In this document: in pieces, positions 43,062 to 54,605 of the stretch
Position numbering within the stretch: position 1 is the first letter of the stretch
Layout of the letters: every line of letters starts with the position of its first letter
Assembly: GCF_006345805.1 (NCBI RefSeq)
Contig: NW_021836163.1
Span: forward strand, 4,229-68,228
Direction of reading: 5' to 3'
Source of the DNA: Octopus sinensis
Lineage: Eukaryota
DNA length: 64,000 nucleotides
The notes under the pieces: model-generated
Database searches by the model: none
What the model was told of the DNA's origin: nothing
Seen by the model: only the letters and a program-made list of their open reading frames with translations
Program-made: the position numbers and the translations under genes

Positions 43062-43110
43062 CCACCAGACCGCACAGTTTCAACCTTATTATGGTCATCT
43101 TCGGTGATGG
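43062..43110 (-). ncRNA. Type I hammerhead with CCGAAGA core variant
   Basis: Minus strand: CCATCA-CCGAAGA-T-GACC ATAATAA GGTT-GAAAC-TGTGCG-GTC-TGGTGG. An inverted partner at 43228-43266 retains GAAAC-CGCGCG-GTC. Confidence 0.7.
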
Positions 43111-43529
43111 ATACTCATCTGCTAAACGCAGCAGGTCACCCCAGCTTGAAATATATAGAAAATAACTGGCACAGATTCACCGATCTTGGAACAAGCAAAC
43201 CAGCTCTTTAAGAAAATATTTCACTGAGGTCGAAACCGCGCGGTCTGGTGGTCTCGATAGCTGGAAATAGTAGAGACTCATCTCCTCGCTTGCAATATAA
43301 TATATCGAGTGCGGAACTTCTTATCCTCAGCTCTTGCTGTCCACTTCACAAAAGACAGTATCTGATATATGAGTAAAAAGATAAGCAATTGGAAAGCAGC
43401 AGGACCTGATGGTGAACAGGGATTTTCAATAAAAATACCCAGTAGGTGCCATAAATTGATCGTAGGATGAAAGGGAAAGTCGGCCCCGGCGGAATTTGAA
43501 CTAACGTACGAAATACTCACTGCCTAATG

Positions 43530-43608
<79 letters not shown>

Positions 43609-43609
<1 letters not shown>

Positions 43610-45091
43610 GTATTCAGCATGCAAGCATGAAAGAGAAAATCAGGAAGGAATGTTATAGGAGAGTTCGTGCAGTCCTGAAATCTGAACTAAATGCACGTAA
43701 CAAGGTGTTAGCTATAAATTCCTTAGCAGTTCCAGTTGTTACTTATAGCTACAATGTGTTGAACTGGAATATGAGTGAAGTAAAGAATATAGATAGAAAA
43801 ATACGCAAGCTGCTGAGTTGTAATAGGATGCACCACCCAAAGGCAGACGTAGATCGCCTTTACCTTCCCAGAGCCCAAGGAGGTCGAGGCCTGATCCAAT
43901 TTGAACTAGCTTACAAAACAACCACAATTGGACTGACCAAATATCTCGAAATATCGAATGACTGGATGCTAAAGCTCGTGGAAAATCACGAGAGACGTAA
44001 GAAGCTTCATTCTATCATAAAGGAAAGCAAAAAATTTGCTATTGATCTCGTGCAGGATACCCAAACAGAACAACCCGAGGGAAGTACGGCAACTATTGTT
44101 GCAAAGAAGGTGAAAATGATGGCAATGAAAAAAGCGCACGAGCAATTGGCTGATAGGTGGGAGGAGAAACCTCTGCACGGCAAATATGTGACCCGCAGCA
44201 AACAAGCTGATGTTGACCAGAAGCAAACCCATCAGTGGCTGCGGAGCTCAGAGCTAAAAGCAGAGAGCGAAGGTTTCATCCTGGCTGCTCAAGATCAAAG
44301 CCTATTAACCCGGAACTACCAGGCCAATGTGATGAAAAATGGAGCAGACCCAAAATGCCGATTCTGCAACGACATGATTGAAACAGTGGACCACCTAATC
44401 TCTGGATGTAAAGTCTTAGCTCCAGTGGAGTATAAATTAAGACATGACAGAGTTGGCCAATATCTCCACTGGCTAATAAGTCGGCATTACAATATCAAAA
44501 CTGCCGACAAGTGGTATAATCACCACCCTGAGGCTGTAACTGAAGGAGAAAATGTAACCATTCTGTGGGACTTTCCAATACATACAGACCGAACCATCAA
44601 GGCCAATAAACCAGATATTGTTGTGAAAGACCAAAACAATAAAGTTTGCTTATTGATCGACATGAGCATCCCCTGTGATCATAATATCTCAGCGAAAGAG
44701 TTTGACAAGCTCAGAAAATATAAAGACCTACTCATTGAAATTGAGAAAATGTGGCATCTCAAGGCGGTTACAATACCAGTGATCGTAGGAGCACTAGGAA
44801 TGATCAAGAAGGGAACCGAAAATTAAATGAGAATGATCCCTGGCTTACCATCCCTGCAAGAAGTGCAAAAGATTGTCTTAACTGGTACATCACACGTATT
44901 GAGAAGAGCATTGTCGATGTGAGAACTGTTGCTGCTCATGTATTTTAATTTAACTTAAAAAAAAAAAAAAATGAACGAACTATTGAGTTTGGTTTAATGG
45001 CCTACCAATGTATACTATGAGTTTCTTTGCCCTAGGAGTCGGGAAGATACTCGGCAAGAAATGGAAGCAAATTTGAAAGAAGAAAAAAAAA
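43609..45091 (+). mobile_element. R4/Dong-clade retrotransposon (family C), 5'-truncated
   Basis: 399-aa ORF with GGRGL, PLHGKY, CRFC..ETVDHLISGC, RHD, KPDIVV..LIDM and KLRKY; premature stop at 44824; (AAT)n on both sides. Confidence 0.93.
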
Positions 45092-45140
45092 GTAATAATA
45101 ATAATAATAATAATATAATAATAATAATAATAATAATAAC

Positions 45141-45173
<33 letters not shown>

Positions 45174-45215
45174 TATAATAATACATATAATAATAATGAT
45201 AATGAAATAATAATA

Positions 45216-45268
<53 letters not shown>

Positions 45269-45294
45269 TGATAATAATAATAATAATAATAATA

Positions 45295-45326
<32 letters not shown>

Positions 45327-45333
45327 TAATAAA

Positions 45334-45883
45334 TGATGCAGTACCAAGCAGTGGCTCTCATGGCTTCTGATCTTAACTGATTGGAAGTGTTATCATGTAT
45401 ATTGTTTTGTCTTGGTATAAAAGATGGGCTACAGCAAATATTCTGCTCAATACCACAGATTTGCTTGTCAGTTGTTTGACCTTAACCAGTTGAGCATGTC
45501 CCTTAGTGGCTGACGATATGTGCATTTTTGATCACGAGCAGAAGTAGTGGGGAAGCATCATAACCATGTGTTGAGAAGGATTCTTTGGGGTTTGAATAAT
45601 TCACCTATGGAAACATGGGTGTTTCGTTCAACGTCCTTAAACAACCCTTATTCAGGGACCTTTTGAGTGGGATGGGTTACTCGATCTGAAGAAAATTCTA
45701 ACTGGGCCCCACCTGCAAGGTCATGTGCTATTTATCTTGATATGAGATCACCATGTCGCGCACATATGGTTGTGATGCATGTGCCTGGTGTACCCTTATC
45801 AGACGGGTAGTCATGATGGGTATACTGGGCTTCGTATATTTTACCCCAGTGTCACTTTGATGGCATGCTCTGCTCGCTCACTC
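45334..45883 (+). mobile_element. (AAT)n-targeted element, near full length
   Basis: Lacks the first 4 nt; ends CACTC|AAT. Confidence 0.9.
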
Positions 45884-45913
45884 AATAATAATAATAATAA
45901 TAATAGTGATAAC

Positions 45914-46010
<97 letters not shown>

Positions 46011-46564
46011 GCCCTGATGCAGTACCAGGCAGTGGCTCTCATGGCTTCTGATCTTAACTGATTGCAAGTGTTATCATGTACATTGTTTTGTCTTGGTATA
46101 AAAGATGGGCTACAACAAATATTCTGCTCAATACCACAGATTTGCTTGTCAGTTGTTTGACCTTAACCAGTTGAGCATGTCCCTTAGCGGCTGACAATAT
46201 GTGCATCTCTGATCACGAGCAGAAGTAGTGGGGAAGCATCATAGCCATGTGTTGAGAGGAATTCTTTGGGGTTTGAATAATTCACCTCTGGAAACATGGG
46301 TGTTTCGTTCAACATCCTTAAACAACCCTTATTCAGGGACCTTTTGAGTGGGATGGGCTACTCGACCTGAAGAAAATTCTAACTGGGCCCCACCTGCAAG
46401 GTCATGCGCTGTCTATCTTGATATAAGATCACCATGTCTCGCACATATGGTTGTGATGCATGTGCCTGGTGTACCATTATCAAACGGGTAGTCATGATGG
46501 GTATACTGGGCTTCGTATATTTTACCCCAGTGTCACTTTGATGGCATGCACTGCTCTCTCACTC
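46011..46564 (+). mobile_element. (AAT)n-targeted element, full length (554 bp)
   Basis: AAT|GCCCTGATGCAGTACC...CTCTCTCACTC|AAT; no substantial ORF. Confidence 0.92.
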
Positions 46565-46621
<57 letters not shown>

Positions 46622-46641
46622 TAATAATGATAATAATAAAT

Positions 46642-47195
46642 GCCCTGATGCAGTGCCAGGCAGTGGCTCTCATAGCTTCTGATCTTAACTGATTGCAAGT
46701 GTTATCATGTACATTGTTTTGTCTTGGTATAAAAGATGAACTACAGCAAATATTCTGCTCAATACCACAGATTTGCTTGTCAGTTGTTTGACCTTAACCA
46801 GTTGAGCATGTCCCTTAGTGGCTGACGATATGTGCATCTCTGATCACGAGCAGAAGTAGTGGGAGAGCATCATAGCCATGTGTTGAGAGGAATTCTTTGG
46901 GGTTTGAATAATTCACCTCTGGAAACATGGGTGTTTCTTTCAACATCCTTAAACAACCCTTATTCAGGGACCTTTTGAGCGGGATGGGCTACTCAACCTG
47001 AAGAAAATTCTAACCGGGCCCCACCTGCAAGGTCATGTGCTGTTTATCTTGATATGAGATCACCATGTCGCGCACATATGGTTGTGATGCATGTGTCTGG
47101 TGTACCTTTATCAGACGGGTAGTCATGATGGGTATATTGGGCTTCGTATATTTTACCCCAGTGTCACTTTGATGGCATACACTGCTCTCTCACTC
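46642..47195 (+). mobile_element. (AAT)n-targeted element, full length (554 bp)
   Basis: Same ends as 46011-46564, with independent substitutions. Confidence 0.92.
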
Positions 47196-47216
47196 AATAA
47201 TAATAATAATGATAAT

Positions 47217-47705
47217 AAGGTCACAGAAAAAGAGAAAGCAACCATACTCTGGGATATGCCGATACACACAGATAGAGAAATCAAGGCCAACATACCAGAT
47301 ATAGTTGTCAAAGATCATGAAGAAAAAAATGCTTTCTAATTCATGTATCAATACCGGCAGATGACAACGTGTCTCTAAAAGAAATGGAGAAACTCTCAAA
47401 ATACAAAGACCTGGAAATAGAGGTAACCAGAATGTGGAATCTAAAAACAGAAACAATTCCTATCATAGTAATTGCATTAGGCATGATAAAAAAATATTCA
47501 GACAAATACATAACAAAAACACCAGGACTCACAAACACATATAACATACAGAAAATTGCACTACTAGGCACTGCACACATCCTACGCTGAACACTTTCCA
47601 TACAATAACCATCAGAGCATCACAACAAATCACAACACGTACCCAAGGCACACAGAGCTGCGCTCGGTAGTGAAGTGAAAGCACGCTATAAAAATAAAAC
47701 TACTG
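47217..47705 (+). mobile_element. R4/Dong family A 3' fragment
   Basis: Highly similar to 2132-2621, with the same ACTACTG|AAT end. Confidence 0.92.
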
Positions 47706-47715
47706 AATAATAATA

Positions 47716-47782
<67 letters not shown>

Positions 47783-47864
47783 AATAATAATAATAATGAT
47801 GATAATAATAATAATAATGATAATAATAATAATAATAATAAACTTAATAATAATAATGATAATA

Positions 47865-48131
47865 AGTTGTTTGACCTTAACCAGTTGAGCATGTCCCTTA
47901 GTGGCTGACGATATGTGCATCTCTGATCACGAGCAGAAGTAGTGGGGGAGCATCATAGCCATGTGTTGAGAGGAATTATTTGGGGTTTGAATAATTCACC
48001 TCTGGAAACATGGGTGGTTCTTTCAACATCCTTAAACAATCCTTATTCAGGGACCTTTTGAGCGGGATGGGCTACTCAACCTGAAGAAAATTCTAACTGG
48101 GCCCCACCTGCAAGGTCATGTGCTGTTTATC
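47865..48131 (+). mobile_element. (AAT)n-targeted element, internal fragment
   Basis: Truncated at both ends, with (AAT)n on both sides. Confidence 0.85.
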
Positions 48132-48137
48132 ATTATG

Positions 48138-48204
<67 letters not shown>

Positions 48205-48208
<4 letters not shown>

Positions 48209-49483
48209 TACGCAAGCTGCTGAGTTGTAATAGGATGCACCACCCAAAGGCAGACGTAGATCGCCTTTACCTTCCCAGAGCCCAAGGATGTCGAGGCCTG
48301 ATCCAATTTGAACTAGCTTACAAAACAACCACAATTGGACTGGCCAAATATCTCGAAATATCGAATGACTGGATGCTAAAGCTCGTGGAAAATCACGAGA
48401 GACGAAAGAAGCTTCATTCTATCATAAAGGAAAGGAAAAAAATTGCTATTGATCTCGTGCAGGATATCCAAACAGAACAACCCGAGGGAAGTACGGCAAT
48501 TATTGTTGCAAAGAAGGTGAAAATAATGGCAACGAAAAAATGGCTGATAGGTGGGAGGAGAAACCTCTGCACGGCAAATATGTGACCCGCAGCAAACAAG
48601 CTGATGTTGGCCAGAAGCAAACCCATCAGTGGCTACGGAGCTCAGAGCTAAAAGCAGAGAGCGAAGGTTTCATCCTGGCTGCTCAAGATCAAAGCCTATT
48701 AACCCGGAACTACCAGACCAATGTGATGAAAAATGGAGCAGACCCAAAATGCCGATTCTGCAACATGATTGAAACAGTGGACCACCTAATCTCTGGATGT
48801 AAAGTCTTAGCTCCAGTGGAGTATAAATTAAGACATGACAGAGTTGGCCAATATCTCCACTGGCTAATAAGTCGGCATTACAATATCAAAACTGCCGACA
48901 AGTGGTATAATCACCACCCTGAGGCTGTAACTGAAGGAGAAAATGTAACCATTCTGTGGGACTTTCCAATACATACAGACCGAACCATCAAGGCCAATAA
49001 ACCAGATATTGTTGTGAAAGACCAAAACAATAAAGTTTGCTTATTGATCGACATGAGCATCCCCTGTGATCATAATATCTCAGCGAAAGAGTTTGACAAG
49101 CTCAGAAAATATAAAGACCTACTCATTGAAATTGAGAAAATGTGGCATCTCAAGGCGATTACAATACCAGTGATCGTAGGAGCACTAGGAATGATCAAGA
49201 AGGGAACCGAAAATTATATGAGAATGATCCCTGGCTTACCATCCCTGCAAGAAGTGCAAAAGATTGTCTTAACTGGTACATCACACGTATTGAGAAGAGC
49301 ATTGTCGATGTGAGAACTGTTGCTGCTCATGTATTTTAATTTAACTTAAAAAAAAAAAAAAAATGAACGAACTATTGAGTTTGGTTTAATGGCCTACCAA
49401 TGTATACTATGAGTTTCTTTGCCCTAGGAGTCGGGAAGACACTCGGCAAGAAATGGAAGCAAATTTGAAAGAAGAAAAAAAAA
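48205..49483 (+). mobile_element. R4/Dong family C, second 5'-truncated copy
   Basis: Near-identical to 43797-45091 but with a different truncation point, a small deletion near 48540 and an intact C-terminus ...LRRALSM. Confidence 0.93.
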
Positions 49484-49552
49484 ATAATAATGATAATAAT
49501 AATAATAATAATGATGATAATAATAATAATAACAATAATAATAATGATGATG

Positions 49553-49595
<43 letters not shown>

Positions 49596-49600
49596 TAATA

Positions 49601-50040
49601 TGCTCAATACCACAGATTTGCTTGTCAGTTGTTTGACCTTAACCAGTTGAGCATGTCCCTTAGTGGCTGACGATATGTGCATCTCTGATCACGAGCAGAA
49701 GTAGTGGGGGAGCATCATAGCCATGTGTTGAGAGGGATTCTTTGGGGTTTGAATAATTCACCTCTGGAGACATGGGTGGTTTTTTCAACATCCTTAAACA
49801 ACCCTTATTCAGGGACCGTTTGAGCGGGATGGGCTACTCAACCTGAAGAAAATTCTAACCGGGCCCCACCTGCAAGGTCATGTGCAGTTTATCTTGATAT
49901 GAGATCGCCATGTCGCGCACATATGTTTGTGATGCATGTGTCTGGTGTACCTTTATCAGACAGGTAGTCATGATAGGTATACTGGGCTTCGTATATTTTA
50001 CCCCAGTGTCACTTTGATGGCATGAACTGCTCTCTCACTC
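49601..50040 (+). mobile_element. (AAT)n-targeted element, 5'-truncated
   Basis: Starts ~110 nt into the consensus and ends CACTC|AAGAATAAT. Confidence 0.88.
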
Positions 50041-50094
50041 AAGAATAATAATAATAATATAATAATAATAATAACAACAATAATAATAATAATA

Positions 50095-50132
<38 letters not shown>

Positions 50133-50198
50133 TAATAATAATAATAATAAATAATAATAATATAATAATAATAATGATATTAATGATAATAATAATAA

Positions 50199-50231
<33 letters not shown>

Positions 50232-51210
50232 TAATAATAATAATAATAATGATATTATGATAATAATAATAATAATAGAGAAAAATAAATATATTTTCAA
50301 TTGTTTTGATATCTGTGGACAGTAAAAGTCGATGGAAATGGAAACGGAAAGTTGTGGTGTTCATGGGTTTCTCAAGGATATCAGTGTCATAAATGAAGTT
50401 GTATGATACTGGAATCGAAACCAGAACGTCGTATAAGAACTTTCAATGATACTTGAGTGTCCTTTGGAAGCTAATGTAGGGCAATCAATGAACCACAAAA
50501 GAAGAACAAAAAGTAACGGAAATCCGGTTTGAAACGCCATTAAATTGCAAACTTGACCGTCAACTTAATGTCGGCTCTGCTTAACACACACACACACACA
50601 CACACAGCCTATTGTTTTCAATAACTGTGTCATCGATTATATTCTATAAATATTTATACTGTTATAAATAGATGATGGGAGATGGTATGGTCGGGGTAGG
50701 CTATTGTTCTAATCATTGATGTTGCTATTGCTTAACCCTAGGTCCAGTAATACGGACCAAGCCTACGATGAAACCCACTCCGCCAACTTGTCTTTCTTTA
50801 AGGAAATCTAGGTCTGCATAATCTACTGTTTTACCTCTTCATCTAACATGAAGTGCATGCTATGAAGAAGGCTTGGCTATTATTTCTAGTAACTTGAGAT
50901 ACCACATTGAGAATTCCGTATTGCTTTGTAGATGGTTCAGTCCTTGAGTGCCGTGAGATCATCTGTTATATAAACTTACTCCTGATCCAGTAGATGGATC
51001 AGTAAATGCATTCCATCCGTGACCATCCGTCGTTGTAGGGATATCTAGGACTGCATCGTGAAAGAGCAGAATTATAATACATTCCGATCCAGCTTTGAGC
51101 ATCCCATCATTTTGTCGCAAAATCTATCTTGGACAATATTACGTAATGTGTCCTTTTCTAAAAAGACGTAAAAGCGTTTTAATGAGAAATTGTGTATGTA
51201 TATGTATATG

Positions 51211-51272
<62 letters not shown>

Positions 51273-51282
<10 letters not shown>

Positions 51283-51646
51283 TGAGGGTACTACTATTCG
51301 TAGATACCGCACGCTAAGAGGGACCAATGCGGTCAAAACTACTAAAATAAACAAAATTTTACCGAATGCAAAACTTCAAAGCAAATCATTTAAAAAAGAA
51401 TTTAGTTACATATCACATGTGATTTCGCAATTAATGCAGAATATGCATTCCATGTCCATGAACATGGAATGCATATTCTGCATTAATTGCGAAATCATAG
51501 GTGATATGTAACTAAATTCTTTTTTTAAATGATTTGCTTTGAAGTTTTGCATTCGGTAAAATTTTGTTTATTTTAGTAGTTTTGACCGCATTGGTCCCTC
51601 TTTATCATGTGGTATCTACGAATAGTAGTACCCTCAATATAATATA
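51273..51646. repeat. ~374-bp near-perfect palindrome with no spacer
   Basis: TATATTATATTGAGGGTACTAC... mirrors ...GTAGTACCCTCAATATAATATA; the centre is CATG at 51457-51460. Confidence 0.95.
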
Positions 51647-51747
51647 AATAAATATTTTCAAAGAGGAAAAATTTACGGATTTTTTCTCTTACGAGGTTTT
51701 TCACGCTAACTACGGATAATTTCTCTTAAAGATTTTATCCTCAATTG

Positions 51748-51792
<45 letters not shown>

Positions 51793-52275
51793 GCAAATAC
51801 TGATAGGGCACAGAAAGTGTGTCTATAGCCAGCTGGAGGAGGTGTCTTCCTGGGGCTACAAACTACAGTAGCATCCACCCTTAGGGGTTAGCCATATTCA
51901 AATGGCAAATATACGTCACGATGTGTTGCTGCTACTGTTTATAACTCGCTCTGAGATTTATCATTGTTTGATTTCACTTTTTCAATATCAGTGTCAATCG
52001 ATACTAGAAAAGGTATCTGTATTTGTGAAGGGAACCAAATTCTCATCGACAACTATGATTGTCACACGCCGATGACGGGTCAATACCCTGAAACTCGAGT
52101 CCGTGTGTATCATAAGTTGAAGACGGGAAGGATAGCTTCCCTTCGCAAATACTGATAGGGCACAGAAAGTGTGTCTATAGCCAGCTGGAGGAGGTGTCCT
52201 CCTGGGGGCTACAAACTACAGTAGAATCCACCCTTAGGGGTTAGCCATATTCAAATGGCAAATATACGTCACGAT
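51793..52275 (+). mobile_element. Retrozyme-like or pLTR element: 352-bp unit plus 130-bp terminal redundancy, in (TA)n
   Basis: 51793-51922 is repeated at 52145-52275; a hammerhead lies between the two copies; no substantial ORF. Confidence 0.75.
52063..52107 (+). ncRNA. Type I hammerhead with CCGAUGA core variant
   Basis: CACACG-CCGATGA-C GGGT CAAT ACCC T-GAAAC-TCGA-GTC-CGTGTG. Stem I is 6 bp, stem III is the palindrome ACTCGAGT, and the triplet is GUC. Confidence 0.8.
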
Positions 52276-52963
52276 ATATATATATGTATGTATATATATA
52301 TATATCGACCTTACATACTTAACGCCGAAGCCCCGTGTATTTGCCGGTTGGCTGCTGTGACTTGGCGTGATACACATGGCATATGCTTTACTTATACGTA
52401 GTCGATAATGTTTATTACACTAACGCTGCTTCTAATTAATATTTGAATACACACGCACACACACACACATGCACACACACACACACACATGCACACACAC
52501 ACATGCACACACACACACATGCACACACACACACGCACACACACACACCCACCCATATATATATAAAGTTATAGAATAATTAAGCTGGCTAGACACAATT
52601 CAAACCAAAAGCGAAACAACTCACCGCCACTAAACAGTGACGAACGGTGCAGAGAACACCAGCATTGCTAGAAACAACTGTCAAAAGACTCTTTAGCCAC
52701 AGAAAACCCATTTTCCATTTACTGACAGGGGAGACAACCTCCCTTACACAATTGAGTGGCATTAGATTGGCATGCTAATGTCGCATGAAGTTTGATGCTT
52801 ATCTATAATGCTTACTCGATAGGGGGTGGTGAAGTTAAATTCTACCCCGTCAGTATTTATAGATTCCACTACAGGAATCAGTAGCTGATTCTGCAAAATG
52901 GTAAATGTGAAAAAAAAAAAAAAAATTAAGGTGACTAGACATATTTTGAGGTTTTCCTTTAAT

Positions 52964-53070
52964 TTTTTACACTGACGAGAATGGTAATACATAACTATTT
53001 AATTGTTATTATAATTAATGTCTTTTTCTTACATGTTTGTATTGCTATTTGAAACGGTCGTAAGTGGAAA
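52964..53070 (+). ncRNA. Type I hammerhead with long stem II
   Basis: TTTTTACA-CTGACGA-GAATGGTAATAC...GTATTGCTATTT-GAAAC-GGTC-GTA-AGTGGAAA. The first stem I pair is mismatched. Confidence 0.68.
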
Positions 53071-53407
53071 TTAAATTCTAATTCGAACTTTTAACATCTT
53101 CTCTTCTCCATTTTTCTAATTGTTAGTTGTGTTTTTTTTATAAGATTTTATCTTAGACATGCCGATAATAAACTTTTTACTTATATTTATATTCATATAT
53201 TAATCGAAGTGTATAGTATTATATATCCATTACGGCCGATCATACTGAACAGTTTCGCACTAAGGGTTCAGCGGAGCGTTAGGTAACAGTCCGATTATGC
53301 AATCTTGCGCTCTTCAGAGATGGCATTATGGAATTCATACATACATATATAGGTATATATATAGGCATAGAAATATGTACTGTGTGTAATATGCATATAT
53401 AACTACA

Positions 53408-53856
53408 CAGTAATCCATCGACTATCGCGGGTGTTATGTTCCAAAATCTCTCGCGCTACGTGAAAATCCGCGCAGTAGGAACAATACTGTATAGTTTTTA
53501 TTATTTTTATAATTTGTCTATATTTATTTTATAATAATTGCAAAACAACACCGCATACTCGCCTTCCGGGTTTCGTTTTCCATACAGTATGCGCGATTCT
53601 TTGTCTGCTCATCTCCGGATATATTTCCTTATAATATACTTAATGTGTTATACAGCGCGGTACTGTACTGTATTTTTATCAATTAATTTATTAATTTTTA
53701 GGCGTGAAAATCTTATTTTACCACAGAAATAATTAAAATCTAAAAAAAAAAAAAAAGAAAAATGAATAATTTACAGGCCGCAGAAACCCACAATATTACC
53801 TGTGTTAGCCAGAAAAATTTGCGACAGGTGAACCACAATATAGCGAGTGATTACTG
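53408..53856. mobile_element. pogo/Tigger-like MITE
   Basis: TIRs CAGTAATCCATCGACTAT / ATATAGCGAGTGATTACTG|TA. Confidence 0.75.
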
Positions 53857-54124
53857 TATACACTTATAAAGGTGAACACATACACACACATATATATCGT
53901 TAAGTACATGAATAACTATAGGCACATGTACGTACACAGACGCACACTCACATATATTATTAGACATATGCTTGAATTACACTAACGTACACTCACGCAT
54001 GCGCATATAAAATACACACACGCACACGCATAGGAAAATGTATACGGGCAAATGCACTCACTCATACAGGTACAAACATACAGGCATAGAATATGTATTA
54101 TTAGATGTACGCTTAAATTAAATT

Positions 54125-54605
54125 AAAGGTTGAAACAGCTAAGACTCTACTCTCTGGAGAGAAGACGGAAGAGGTATGCAGTAATATATATCTGGAAGAT
54201 CCTGGAAGGAATTGTGCCAAATTTTGGCATTGAAAGCTACACCAATGCCAGAATGGGACGACACTGCATAGTGCTAAAGATCCCAGCAATGCCATCACGC
54301 TTCAGGACCAGTTACTGCAATAGCCTGGCTTTCAAGGGCCCACAGCTTTTTAATATTCTCCCAAAGAGTCTGAGGAGCTTTCACAAAGTAGATGTAGGGT
54401 TTTTTAAATCAAAGCTGGACATCTTCCTGTCGAGAGTCCCAGATGAAACTACCTCACGGCAAGAGGTACAAATGAGAGTAGCTGTATCAAACTCCTTTCT
54501 TCACCAAGTGCCACATATTAGAGGAGGCTCTTAGTAATAACAGTGTAGCACAAAACGGCTGTGCATCAGCATGGCCGCAGCTCTGAGCTGAAACTAGAAA
54601 AAAAA
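54125..54605 (+). mobile_element. CR1-like LINE 3' end with A-tail
   Basis: LYSLERRRKRYAVIYIWKIL..GPQLFNILP..FKSKLDIFL..VPDE, with 3' UTR CAGCATGGCCGCAGCTCTGAGCTGAAACTAG(A)n. Confidence 0.85.

Noticed and set aside
43627-44826. Intact 399-aa cellular gene
   Set aside because: It is the C-terminal part of a 5'-truncated retrotransposon ORF, with a premature stop relative to the sister copy.
46011-46075. Resemblance of the element's 5' hairpin (CCTG-ATGCAGTAC-CAGG) to U2 snRNA stem-loop IV
   Set aside because: Short match, the loop lacks the full AUUGCA motif, and there is no collinear U2 similarity.
46011-46564. Hammerhead or HDV-like ribozyme inside the 554-bp element (CTGACGA, CTGAAGA, GAAAC present in the family)
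   Set aside because: I could not build stem I/II pairings or the HDV P1/P1.1 pseudoknot by eye; a covariance search would be needed to exclude it fully.
43527-50278. CRISPR-like repeat/spacer appearance
   Set aside because: The repeats are variable-length AAT tracts and the spacers are 0.3-1.5-kb retroelements; eukaryotic context, no cas genes.
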